The translations under genes and the position numbers were made by a program. From Saccostrea echinata (taxonomy: Eukaryota): 64,000 nucleotides of DNA. Shown here piece after piece: positions 25,291 through 35,120 of the stretch. The notes beneath the pieces were generated by a model, which was given only the letters and a program-made list of their open reading frames with translations, did no database searches and was not told where the DNA came from. The first letter of the stretch is position 1; each line of letters opens with the position of its first letter. The stretch spans positions 9,052,001 through 9,116,000 of the forward strand of contig NW_026889778.1 in NCBI RefSeq assembly GCF_033153115.1, in the 5' to 3' direction.

Positions 25291-25803
25291 TTATTTCGTT
25301 GGATGAATGACGAGAACATGTTTATCATACATTTGAGCAAATTCTTCGATAGCTGTCAAATAAACGTTCCAGTCTCCACCAGCAAGTCCACATCCTATCT
25401 TATAGGGAAAGGCTATCTTTTGAAAAGAAGTCTGTCCGAGCTCGTGCAGACATTGTTGAAACCAAAATATCCTGTTTTCTTTTGTATCAGCAAAAGGTGG
25501 AATGGAACGTTTTCGAACGTTATGACAGCGACCGAAATCCCACTGGGAGAGAAAACAGACCACAGCAGGACATTCTGATTGCCGAAAAATGCAAAGTGTG
25601 CCCGGAATTCCTCGGGTCTCTGTGGTAGCTAAGTTGCGTTTTCCTACGGATTCTCTCAGATTGTAAATATCGGCCCATGGATATTTTTTAGCAATTTGAT
25701 GTGAAAGACCATGCGGTTTGACGGTCAAACAATTCACTTGATGACAAATGGCATCAACATCGGTTAGGGTCAAGATGTCCCCATACACTTGACGAATGCT
25801 CAT
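25291..25803 (-). CDS. Macrodomain protein (TARG1/DarG/ALC1-like class)
   Basis: GDIL...ICHQVNC...GLSHQIAKKYP...IAFPYKIGCGLAGGDW signature; intact 170 aa. Confidence 0.92.
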   Translation of the reverse strand: MSIRQVYGDILTLTDVDAICHQVNCLTVKPHGLSHQIAKKYPWADIYNLRESVGKRNLATTETRGIPGTLCIFRQSECPAVVCFLSQWDFGRCHNVRKRSIPPFADTKENRIFWFQQCLHELGQTSFQKIAFPYKIGCGLAGGDWNVYLTAIEEFAQMYDKHVLVIHPTK

Positions 25804-26062
25804 TATAAGTCCGTACTCTTCAAACGAAGACTATCATCTGATTTTTTTTAAAGGTATAACTCATATATAAAACCCTTTTCCTCTTAACGTTTTCTACACC
25901 TTTATAAAAAACGAGAGAGAAAAAACTCATCACATGTCAATGAAATTTTATTAAAAAATCAGTTTTCTGAATACACAACAATCATTAATGGTATATCATA
26001 CAGATAAATGATCAAAGTATATCACGTAACAGTCAAATCAATGTCTCTCAAAGAAACGGAAT

Positions 26063-26572
26063 TCACCAATTTTCCCATCCGTCTGGATTACAGGCAGGGC
26101 ACTTCAGCATCCCAATTTGATTCAGATGATCATTCTGATCGTAACAGGGTACGAATGTTTCCAATTCCGGAATGGCATTAAGGATGTTTTTCCATTGATC
26201 CATAAAGTGTTCGTATTCCTGGGGTCGAAGACATAAACCCTTCTTTGTTGGAACAGACTCGTCTGTTTGAGGGGGTTTCCAGTATTGACGTATGTCGACA
26301 CAGGGGTTGTTTTCCCTCACGGATACGAAAACATTGTATCCCAAGTGCCACTTCCTCTCTTGGTTTTGTTTCAGGGCTTCCTGTACAGACTCCAGATAAT
26401 TCGACAGTGATTTAATTTGATGTAGTTTCAAAGATATTCCCTTTTTAGTGGGTATGATTTTTTTCTCTCCAACCATGTACTCTCGCATGTCCAATCGAAC
26501 TTCGTTTTGCCAAATGGAGACTTTGGCATAACGTCCATTTTCAAGAGCGACGGATAAACGTAAGTCTGACAT
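26063..26572 (-). CDS. Tandem PC4 (Sub1-like) ssDNA-binding protein with C-terminal Cys/His motif
   Basis: Two PC4 repeats (LDMREY...PTKKGISL; VDIRQYW...PTKKGLCL), then PCY...H...CPAC. Start placed at MSDLRL (26572) because the track ATG at 26626 overlaps the TATA box. Confidence 0.9.
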   Translation of the reverse strand: MSDLRLSVALENGRYAKVSIWQNEVRLDMREYMVGEKKIIPTKKGISLKLHQIKSLSNYLESVQEALKQNQERKWHLGYNVFVSVRENNPCVDIRQYWKPPQTDESVPTKKGLCLRPQEYEHFMDQWKNILNAIPELETFVPCYDQNDHLNQIGMLKCPACNPDGWENW

Positions 26573-26660
26573 GATCTGAGTAGAAGCTGACTGAAGAATG
26601 AAGTTCGATGTCTGTATCGCCTTCATTTATAGAGAAACAGAGGATACCTGGGTAATTCCA

Positions 26661-26902
26661 TGACGTCAAAGTCGGAACCGTGAAAACACGAACAATGAAA
26701 TGTATTGTTCTCGCCCACCCTCCATAAAAAATAAGTTCACGTCTACTGAATAGAGATGACGTCAATATAGAAACAGGGTATTTATATCTAATGATATAAT
26801 TTAACAAGACTAAAGGTCACGAATCCTAAAAAAACGAACAATGACGTCAAAGACATAACATTTTCTTTGTTGTCGTGAACAAAGGGTAGTCTTCTGACGT
26901 CA
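26661..26902. promoter_or_regulatory. Four perfect CRE palindromes in the divergent PC4/IAP promoter region
   Basis: TGACGTCA at 26661, 26757, 26842, 26895; flanked by outward-facing TATA boxes at 26631 (-) and 26976 (+). Confidence 0.6.
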
Positions 26903-27036
26903 TTCTGTGAGCTCTTATTCATCGATAAACAATGAAGTCTCACTATGGAAATGAATGATGTGTGACAGGTGAAAGTATAAATGAGGTTGTTTCCCACCTC
27001 GTCATCATTTCCACGTACAAGGTTTGAGGTAGCAAG

Positions 27037-27567
27037 ATGTCTTCTTCCCTAGATTGTGCAGCAAATTTCGTGGAGACGGATTCCAGTGCCGAACATTCTT
27101 GGAACGATTATTCCTCACTAGAGGTAAACCCTTCCACATCTTGGGATTCCAGTGCCAACTTTGCCTGGCGTTATCAAGAGAATGAAGAGGGGTCAAACGG
27201 TTCTCGAAATGTCGTGACCAGACAGATCAAGAACATTCCACCACCGCCTCCTCCTCAACATCAACTCTGGCAGTATCCAGAATACGTCACTTTTGCCTCG
27301 CGGTTTGCAACGTTTTGGGACTGGCCAAGATACTTGAAAGGACCCAACAAAAAAGACTTGGCTCGAGCTGGATTTATCTACACACAGATCGGAGATAAAG
27401 TGACCTGTTTCTGCTGTGGAATGACACTGAAAAATTGGGAACCCATCGACGATGCCTACCAAGAACACCTTCGTTGGTCCAAGAATTGTCAATTCGCTCA
27501 GATGGTGTCTGATGGAAAGAACGAGAATTACAGGAAAGGAATTCATCCCAGAAATAATTTTCGGTGA
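27037..27567 (+). CDS. Single-BIR inhibitor of apoptosis protein (no RING)
   Basis: RFATFWDWP...LARAGFIYTQIGDKVTCFCCGMTLKNWEPIDDAYQEHLRWSKNC with complete C-C-H-C Zn ligands. Confidence 0.93.
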   Translation: MSSSLDCAANFVETDSSAEHSWNDYSSLEVNPSTSWDSSANFAWRYQENEEGSNGSRNVVTRQIKNIPPPPPPQHQLWQYPEYVTFASRFATFWDWPRYLKGPNKKDLARAGFIYTQIGDKVTCFCCGMTLKNWEPIDDAYQEHLRWSKNCQFAQMVSDGKNENYRKGIHPRNNFR

Positions 27568-27893
27568 AAGAAAAACTAACATTGGTCTTAAACTCTAAAA
27601 TGTATCTTATTGGTTCTGGGATTTTTTTTTGGTTCAAGTTGCTCGTCAAGAATCCGAATAAACTGATCAAGGACACTTAAAGTGCTCCGAGCCGTATTGG
27701 CGGAGATCGACCATAGTAGTGAGACGGGCAACACACTGATATTTTTGTAATTTTCTTTTAATATTAGAATTGTATGAATAAAAATGATATCCAAACCTGA
27801 TACTTGTCTTTTGTTGTATTTGTGTATAACTGAGGATATAAGAGTAGAGGTGTACATGACATATCGTCATTCCAACGTCGAACGTCAGGACGT

Positions 27894-29028
27894 ATGGACA
27901 TGGAAGAATATTTGGAAAAAAATATGGTACGATCCTCGACATCCCGGTTCTTTTGCCGGACCCTCTAAACTTTATCAGGTGGTGAAACAAGAGGGTAAAT
28001 TCAATATTGGTATGACTAAAATAAAAAAATTTCTACAGAACCAGGACGCTTATTCGCTACAAAAGAAAGTGCGTAGAAAGGGGTTTAAGAGGAGGAGAGT
28101 CGTGGTTCAAGGTATAGACTACCAGTGGGAAGCCGACCTGGCAGACGTTCAGAACTTGTCCGAATACAACGATGGCGTTCATTTCCTCCTCGTGATTGTC
28201 GACGTCTTTTCTCGGTTTCTATGGGTCCGGCCCTTAAAAGACCGAAAAGCCAAATCAGTTATTGAGGCGTTTAAGGACGTGTTTACTGGATCGAGACGCC
28301 CCCGAGCCATAAGAACCGATAAGGGATCTGAATTTTATAACCGATTTCTTCAACAGTATCTAAGAGACCAAGGAATCAAGATTTTTTATGCCTTGAACGA
28401 GACCAAAGCCAATTTTGCCGAGAGATACATTCAAACGTTGAAAAAACGTCTGTATCGATATTTTACGCACTTGCAAAAATACAAGTACCTGGACATCTTA
28501 CAGGACGTGGTTCAGTCCATCAACCACACCCCTAACCGATCGCTGAAAGGTCGCACGCCGGCTTCTGTGACCAAGGAAAACGAAGACGAAGTGAGACTAG
28601 ATGCCTATCAGGTTCGTCATCGAAGGGACACTCGGATTCCTAAAGTGAAGAAATCGTCCAAGACGAAAAAACGTTTACCTTACACATTTAAAGTGGGAGA
28701 CCAAGTACGAATCACGCACTTGCGACGTCTCTTTCAGCGGGATTACGACCAAACGTACACCGAGGAAATCTTTGTGATTCGAGATCGTTTCGTGTCTCAA
28801 GGCATCCCCATCTACAAACTGAAGGATTTGACAGACGATCCGATCCAAGGTACTTTTTATGCCAGCGAACTACAGAAAGTGATCAAAGACGAGCAGACGA
28901 TCTGGAGAATCGATAGGATTCTACGTAAACGCAAGGTTCGGGGTAAAGAAGAAGTGCTGGTGAGATGGTTGGGATGGCCCAAGAAATTCGACAGTTGGAT
29001 TCCGAAAAGCGATATAAAAGAGACGTAA
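27894..29028 (+). CDS. Polinton RVE (DDE) integrase with C-terminal chromodomain
   Basis: WYDPRHPGSFAG; catalytic D (WEADLAD), D (TDKGSEF), E (AERYIQTLK); FKVGDQVRI; VLVRWLGWPKKFDSWIP. Natural start probably MDMEEYLEK at 27894, needing one fewer A in the run 27916-27922. Confidence 0.93.
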
Positions 29029-29058
29029 TCTCTATTCCTCGTATCACTTTCCTTCGAG

Positions 29059-29466
29059 ATGTCTATGCGTATGGTTCTCAAGTCGACGGACAGTGCCACC
29101 GATCATCCCGACAATCGACCGGGAAACTTCCGAGTGCGTTTACCCAGACCCTTACCTTTGACGGGTGATTGGACGGTGGAACTGACCGAGTTTAGAAACA
29201 CCAAACTCGGGAAAACGACCGACAAGGAAATTTTCGTCTACTGTTCGGTCTGCGATGACAGCATCGTGGGAGGCAGTCAAAAACCTCTACTGAGACGCAT
29301 CGTCCTGAAGGACAACAACAACGTGATTTTTCTTCGCCCTTATAAGATCCCTTTACGCTCCAATGACCTCAGAGACATCCACGTGTATATAAAGGACAAG
29401 CAAGACACAGACGTTTCATTCTTGACTGGAGAGTCCACGGTGACGTTAGTATTTCATCGTCTCTGA
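29059..29466 (+). CDS. Polinton minor capsid (penton-like) protein, short form
   Basis: HPDNRPGNFRVRLPRPLPLTGDWTVELTEF and IFVYCSVCDDSIVGGSQKPLLRRI...VTLVF motifs. Confidence 0.82.
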   Translation: MSMRMVLKSTDSATDHPDNRPGNFRVRLPRPLPLTGDWTVELTEFRNTKLGKTTDKEIFVYCSVCDDSIVGGSQKPLLRRIVLKDNNNVIFLRPYKIPLRSNDLRDIHVYIKDKQDTDVSFLTGESTVTLVFHRL

Positions 29467-29470
29467 CATC

Positions 29471-29917
29471 ATGTCTGGGCCGACGTACGTTTCGCATCCT
29501 TCGTTGTGGGAACAATTTAGACACACCGAGAGGGGAGAAAACTTCATTCCGACGATTAGAAAGAAAAGCCAGAGAGGGGGTGGCATATTAAATCGAAGAA
29601 GAGCCTACATGATTCCCGTGAAACATGTCGCTACCCCCAAGTCGGAAATCCCTCAAGTCACACCCGTTGCAGCCGAGCGAGAAAGAGCCCTGTCAGATCT
29701 GAAAGAAACCATGCGTAACGACGAGCCGCACATGCCCTTACAAAAATCTATAAAAAAGAAACCCCGAAAAAAAGGTATCAGTCGTTCCTCGACGCTCAAA
29801 GGGAAAAGACGTGTCCCGACGAAGAGACAGAAGCCTCCAAAGAAAAGGAATCTCAAGAAGAAGCCAAAAGGAAAAGGCAAGCCTAACTCGCATCCCGACG
29901 GAAAACCCATTTTTTAG
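29471..29917 (+). CDS. Basic Lys/Arg-rich core-like protein
   Basis: 148 aa, very K/R-rich C-terminus, QRGGG motif; lies between the capsid genes. Confidence 0.72.
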   Translation: MSGPTYVSHPSLWEQFRHTERGENFIPTIRKKSQRGGGILNRRRAYMIPVKHVATPKSEIPQVTPVAAERERALSDLKETMRNDEPHMPLQKSIKKKPRKKGISRSSTLKGKRRVPTKRQKPPKKRNLKKKPKGKGKPNSHPDGKPIF

Positions 29918-29922
29918 CATTC

Positions 29923-30201
29923 ATGTCTTTTCTGAGCGACATCAATACGAGCACGGCAGAACCATGCGAACTCTCTCTTTTCACCGATCCTCCCAATCAA
30001 GTGGCTCTTCAAAAGATATACTTTTCGGAAACTCGTCCCATATCGTCCTTCGACGCCGACGACGCTCCGCTCGAATTTGCCATCCCCGGAAGCGGAAACG
30101 AGTATCTCGATCTGAGAAGAAGTCGACTTTACTTAAAAGCCAAGATCACCAAACCCGACGGCACGGCCCTGGCCGGTTCAGAAAAGACCGGGATCATCAA
30201 C
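29923..30201 (+). pseudogene. Polinton major capsid protein, N-terminal ~93 aa only
   Basis: [11 protein letters not shown]...[32 protein letters not shown]...GIIN, then abrupt switch to AT-rich host DNA. Confidence 0.88.
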
Positions 30202-30579
30202 CCGAGAATACAAAGCAGCGCTTTACAAAGGGAATAAATTATAATGACCATTAAATCCATTACTAAACATACTGATGATAGTTGGATTACTGACAGTATG
30301 GTGTTATGAAGCATAAAAGATATGGGAAGAATTTTTCTCGCATTCGAAAGAACTCGGCTGGGAGATCGACAATCTTTTGCAATTGCAAGGTCTCTTTTAC
30401 ATTAGAACGATTGTTTGTGATCCGACCAGTAATTTTCAGTGCTTATGAAATATTCTGAAAGATATGGTATTTTATTCTTATTTTTAAAATGTCCTTTGAA
30501 GTCGCAAAGAATTAAATAGTACATTTGTTATGGCGCACAGCGAAATGGAGGAAGTAAGATTTCTAGCTAGGACAAAATA

Positions 30580-30985
30580 CCGTATATACTCACCTATAAG
30601 TCGGTCTGCCTATAAGTCGGTTGTATTTTCTGAGGTTATTTATATAAGTCGGTATAACTTTTTGCCAGAATCAGTTGACAATTTCAAATCAATGCTCTAA
30701 TGTTTTAACCCGATTTTGATTAATATTTTTAAGAAATGACGCCGATATTTAATTTTAAATCATTAAGTTATCAAAATATGTAAATACTTGTACTTTACGT
30801 ATAATAATAGAAAACGTAAATGATAGGATATAGTTCAACGATAATCATAGGAAGTGTTTATAAAATACTACATTTCGCCGTCCAGAAAAATACTAATCTT
30901 TTTATGACTCGCCTATAAGTCGGACATAGAGTTTTGGACCAAAATTTAACTCCCAAAATACCGACTTATAGGCGAGTATATACGG
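30580..30985. mobile_element. pogo/mariner-type MITE
   Basis: TA|CCGTATATACTCACCTATAAGTCGG ... CCGACTTATAGGCGAGTATATACGG|TA; internal TATAAGTCGG repeats. Confidence 0.9.
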
Positions 30986-31726
30986 TATTTGCTGAACAGA
31001 TAAAAGATAAAATTTATTCGAATATTGATTATTAAAAAAATGAAGTTTAGTTGAACTGTAAGTAATTACGAAGATTAAGACTGAAAAATATTCTAATCAT
31101 TCGATGTTCCGGGTAGTCATTGGCTTCAATTTCCTCAATGCTTGTCGACAAAATATCTCTGTTATTTCTGTCATGCAGTTGAAGGTTCAAACCAGAAAAA
31201 AATATGAACGTCCATTACTAAAGGAACATCGTCGAATTCAAAGTTTCCTTCGTCCACCCCGAAAAGTTAATTTTTCAGTGTAAAAGTTTTTTTTATCTAT
31301 CGAAAATTTACAACTGACAGTACAGCCTAACCCGCTATCAGTAATTACTGTAAGGACCTCGAATTATGAGTTTTATCACGTAATTACTACTGTTATTCAT
31401 GCTTGCAAAATCGTTAAACAAAAATATTAAATAAAGGTATAACTGTGTTTAACTTTCCAGGAATTTAGAAATGAGACAAGTACGCTTTTATACGTATAAT
31501 AACACTCTGACTTACCATTAGTATCCGACAATGCTTCCAGAGTTTATCAAAATTACTACTCATCAATATCACTTTAAACTCAAAATAAGACACCACAGAG
31601 TCTGACACATCTGTTTCATATAAGGATATTTAACTAGCAAAAAAACATTCTGGCAAACAAACAATAAACGTTTATGATAAACATGTTGACTTCAACTTTT
31701 CTTTCGTCAACTTTTCTTATTTATGT

Positions 31727-32023
31727 TTGCTTGTTTGTATGTTTAACGTCCCTCTCGAGAATTTTTCACTCATATGAAGACGCCACCACTTGCCGGTGGA
31801 GAGCTGCAAATTTTGTCTAATACTCGGCACTTACGGCCATTGAGCAGTGAGGGGTCTTTTTCGTGCCAGCACCTACTGCGACACGGGACCTCGGTTTATA
31901 CGGTCTCATCCGAAGGACCGGTCTCCACGTCCCACAGTGGGATTCGAACCCGCGACGTAAGGATCAACTCCTTACTTTGCGACTCTAGAGCAGACGCCCT
32001 AACCACTGCGTCACGCGGGCGAC
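31727..32023 (-). mobile_element. Full-length V-domain tRNA SINE with 12-bp TSD
   Basis: TSD TCTTATTTATGT at 31715-31726 and 32024-32035; tRNA head, GGATGAGACCGTATAAACCGAGGTCC core, CAAA tail. Confidence 0.9.
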
Positions 32024-32056
32024 TCTTATTTATGTAGCAATATACCAATATTATTT

Positions 32057-32230
32057 TCACCCGCGTGGCGCAGTGGTTAGAGTGTTTGGTCTAGAGTCTC
32101 GGAGTGAGGGGTTTATCCTTACGTCGCGGGTTTGAATCCCACTGCGGGACGTGGAGACTGGTCTTCTTTCCAATGGCACGTGTTGGCGTGAGTAGAAAAA
32201 TTCACGAGAGGGACCTTAAACAAACAAAAA
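32057..32230 (+). mobile_element. Internally deleted copy of the same SINE
   Basis: CCCGCGTGGCGCAGTGGTTAG head and GAGAGGGACCTTAAACAAAC tail, core missing. Confidence 0.8.
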
Positions 32231-33226
32231 AATTACCTCCTGTCCATGGAGTTTATGTCTCCCAGTTGATTCGATACGCAAGAGCTTGTTCTACGTACGA
32301 ACAGTTTCTAAAACAAGACAGGCTATTGACAAATAAGTTGATGATGCAAGGATGTCAAGTTTCGTTTAAAGCCGACATTACGCAAATTCAGTGACACAAT
32401 GAGTTATACTCAAGGAAAATACAACAACAAAATCTAAACTTGCCCTGGAAGAAAACCCTATATTGTGTGTCTGTAGGTTTTTTTCGGGGGGGGGGGGTGT
32501 TAGGACAAGTCATTTCTTTAGTCAATTTTCATTAGTTAAACTGCTATCATTGCTGTATATTACGAAGGGTCCGTGTTTTCCTGTGGGAGGAGGGGATTCC
32601 AGTGTATTTCTAGATCCGCCCATGCAATTGATTGTTGTCTTGATATGTATATATATGTACATTGTACACTACCTTTCCACGCCTGTTTTAATCTTATTTC
32701 TCTCTATCTCTGTGCCTGTTTGAAAACATACTGTTTCATAAATAATCCATAACGATTTTTGACTTTGATACATAAGGTATTCTTTTTTCCTTCTCAGATT
32801 TGGACGCATTATGAGGCGTTCTGATAGATACTTGTGTTGTGAATCTTACACGTTGTAAGATTGCAGAAGCTTGCGCACTATCAGCAGTCTTGCTACTCAA
32901 GAAGTAGATGTACAATTTTAAATTTGTTAACTTCCTGTTCAGAAACGCTTAGTTTCGGAAGGTGGATATTCCTTCGTTCTGGAAAAGTATGACGTCGTGC
33001 ACGCTTTTGGTGTCAATTTCAGTGACGTCAAAATGATGTTTTGACTATCTCTTTGATTAAAGAAGAAAATACAAGCTTTTTAAAACCGTATCTTATTGGA
33101 TATCGCATGTTCTCACCTCCAGTGTTTCTATGAGATCCGTTTTTGTCCTATCCATGACTGATTTTGTTTACTGGATTTATGAGATTGAAAACTGTTCATT
33201 ATCTTCACCCCTTACATTTATATATA

Positions 33227-34388
33227 CAGGTAAACTTCGTTATCACGACATCGACGGGACCATCGGAAAATGTCGAGATATCCGAGGTGTCGAGATATCA
33301 GAGTTGAGACTTGACGTCCAAGATTTCATTGCATAGCAAAACAGACAAGCTTATTATATGTACATGTACATGACTTTAATATAGACTGAAGCTCAACATA
33401 TTTCAGAATTCCCTCTATTTTTATTAAAAATCTAAGAAGTTATTTTAAAAATCTTGTTTATAAAACGTGTTCCTTATCGAAATCTTTCTAAATTCACAAA
33501 GTTTCAGCACCAAGTTACAGCATTGAGCTGCATTCGACTGTAACTTGCCTTTTCGTCAGAACAGGATACGAAATGCGCTCTATAAACTTCGAACCGTATA
33601 AAGTCGACATCCGATATACGGTAAAAAAAATAATAAATGCGGATTATTTTTTTCTTATTTCATTCAGAAAGAATGTACAATAAAATTAATTTTTTAAAGA
33701 GATTTGTGTATCTAAACTAACGTAGTGATGTTACGGATGCACGAATTACGACTGATTCTGTCAATCGTGTCGTTAATTGGATTGTTTCCTGTTGAATACA
33801 TTTTAACTACAAAATATCATGAAAACTTTTTTTTTAATTCCTTAGTATGAATTTTTCAGTGAGATTTTGTTATTCATTGTAATTTAGTTATCTTTTTCAA
33901 ATTTAAAAGTTATGTTACGTTTCGATATAAATAACATTCTGTACATCTACGCAGAATCGTGTAGATTTAGCGATGATATTACCCAAGCTCAATTAACTTC
34001 TCAAAGACGCCGAAGGGGCTTGGGATTCACCTACAAACACAGTCTATAAAATTAATTAAGCAGCGTGCAGTCAAAACATTGGTGTGAAAGGTGTGAAACT
34101 TTGACGACGTCGAGATACCCGGAGTCGTCCGTGCGTGACGAGCGACCCTTTCTGACAAATAGTTAGGTTCAGTAGAGCAGAAAATTGCCGATGTCGACAT
34201 ATGCCAGGTAAATTTCGCTCTTGGGACTGTGAATATACGTCGAGATAACCCGGGTTGTCGACATTACCGAGGTCGACATATCAGAGATTTTGCAAATCAT
34301 TTATATAGTAAATACTGCCGGGACCGCGGGAGGATGTCGACATATCCCAGGTTGTCGACATATCCGATGTCGAGATACCGAAGTTTAC

Positions 34389-34391
<3 letters not shown>
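33227..34391. mobile_element. pogo/Tigger-like MITE
   Basis: TA|CAGGTAAACTTCG ... CGAAGTTTACCTG|TA; many GTCGASATA subterminal repeats; followed by (TA)n at 34392-34432. Confidence 0.88.
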
Positions 34392-34434
<43 letters not shown>

Positions 34435-35120
34435 TAATGGGTCAGAATAACCCGAAATGCCAGCAGAAATCAATCACAGTTTAAATTTAACAACAATTTA
34501 TTTACAGTAATATATACAAAAAAAGTACGAACTTACAGCAAGTATCCAAACATACATACAACAGAGTGTCCGTCACTACACACAATGTCCCAGTGAGAGT
34601 ATCCTAACACAGTCTCTTTGTACTCCGTACGCCAGTCTTCTTTTAAGACGATCTCGTATCTTCTTGACTTGACTGAAATTCTTTGAAACTATATATCTGT
34701 ACATTTATAATACCTAACTGCATGAAACAAAATTATGACGAACTTGTAGCACAATGTGGCGTCATGATAGGGTGTACTAACATGTTTGTCAGAGGTGATT
34801 AAACATAGAAAATGGGAAAAAATGTTGGTTTTATACAACAGTCAACATAATAATAATAGTCAGCATAATATATATAAATACTATATCCAGCCTGATTTAT
34901 ATCTGTTTTTACAAGATATTCAGTTTCCGTTCCGCAATACCCTTTACTTATCTATGAAAGAATATGTTTTTAAGAATCAAAGAGAATAGATAATTGTAGA
35001 AATCTTTAGAAAATATCCATCTTTCTTTAGTTATTTTCAGCAAAATACTCGATCAATTGTTCATCACAAATGTGTGCATTCTGATTGTAATTTTTGAAAT
35101 TTTACTTCCGACAGGAGACA

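Larger units (their letters stand above)
23958..30201 (+). mobile_element. Polinton/Maverick endogenous virus, truncated left arm
   Basis: Begins AGTAGT (typical Polinton terminus) with subterminal direct repeats. Intronless, CpG-rich gene array with RVE integrase and minor and major capsid genes. Breaks within the MCP; pPolB, ATPase, protease and right TIR absent. Confidence 0.92.
31580..32390 (+). pseudogene. Penelope-like RT fragment split by two SINE insertions
   Basis: DTTESDTSVSY...YDKHVDFNFSFVNF | SINEs | HGVYVSQLIRYARACSTYEQFL. Confidence 0.8.

Noticed and set aside
27784-27893. N-terminal extension of integrase in the ORF track
   Set aside because: Covers the predicted TATA/Inr and has no integrase-like sequence.
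30202-30237. C-terminus [11 protein letters not shown] of the capsid ORF
   Set aside because: Read-through into flanking DNA after the truncation.
31774-32037. Recurrent ORFs such as MKTPPLAGGELQIL (also 56896-57105) and TGRHGMLTPP
   Set aside because: Chance frames in SINE and retroelement 3' repeats.
34433-34770. Possible solo LTR
   Set aside because: No clean TG...CA ends, TSD or second copy.
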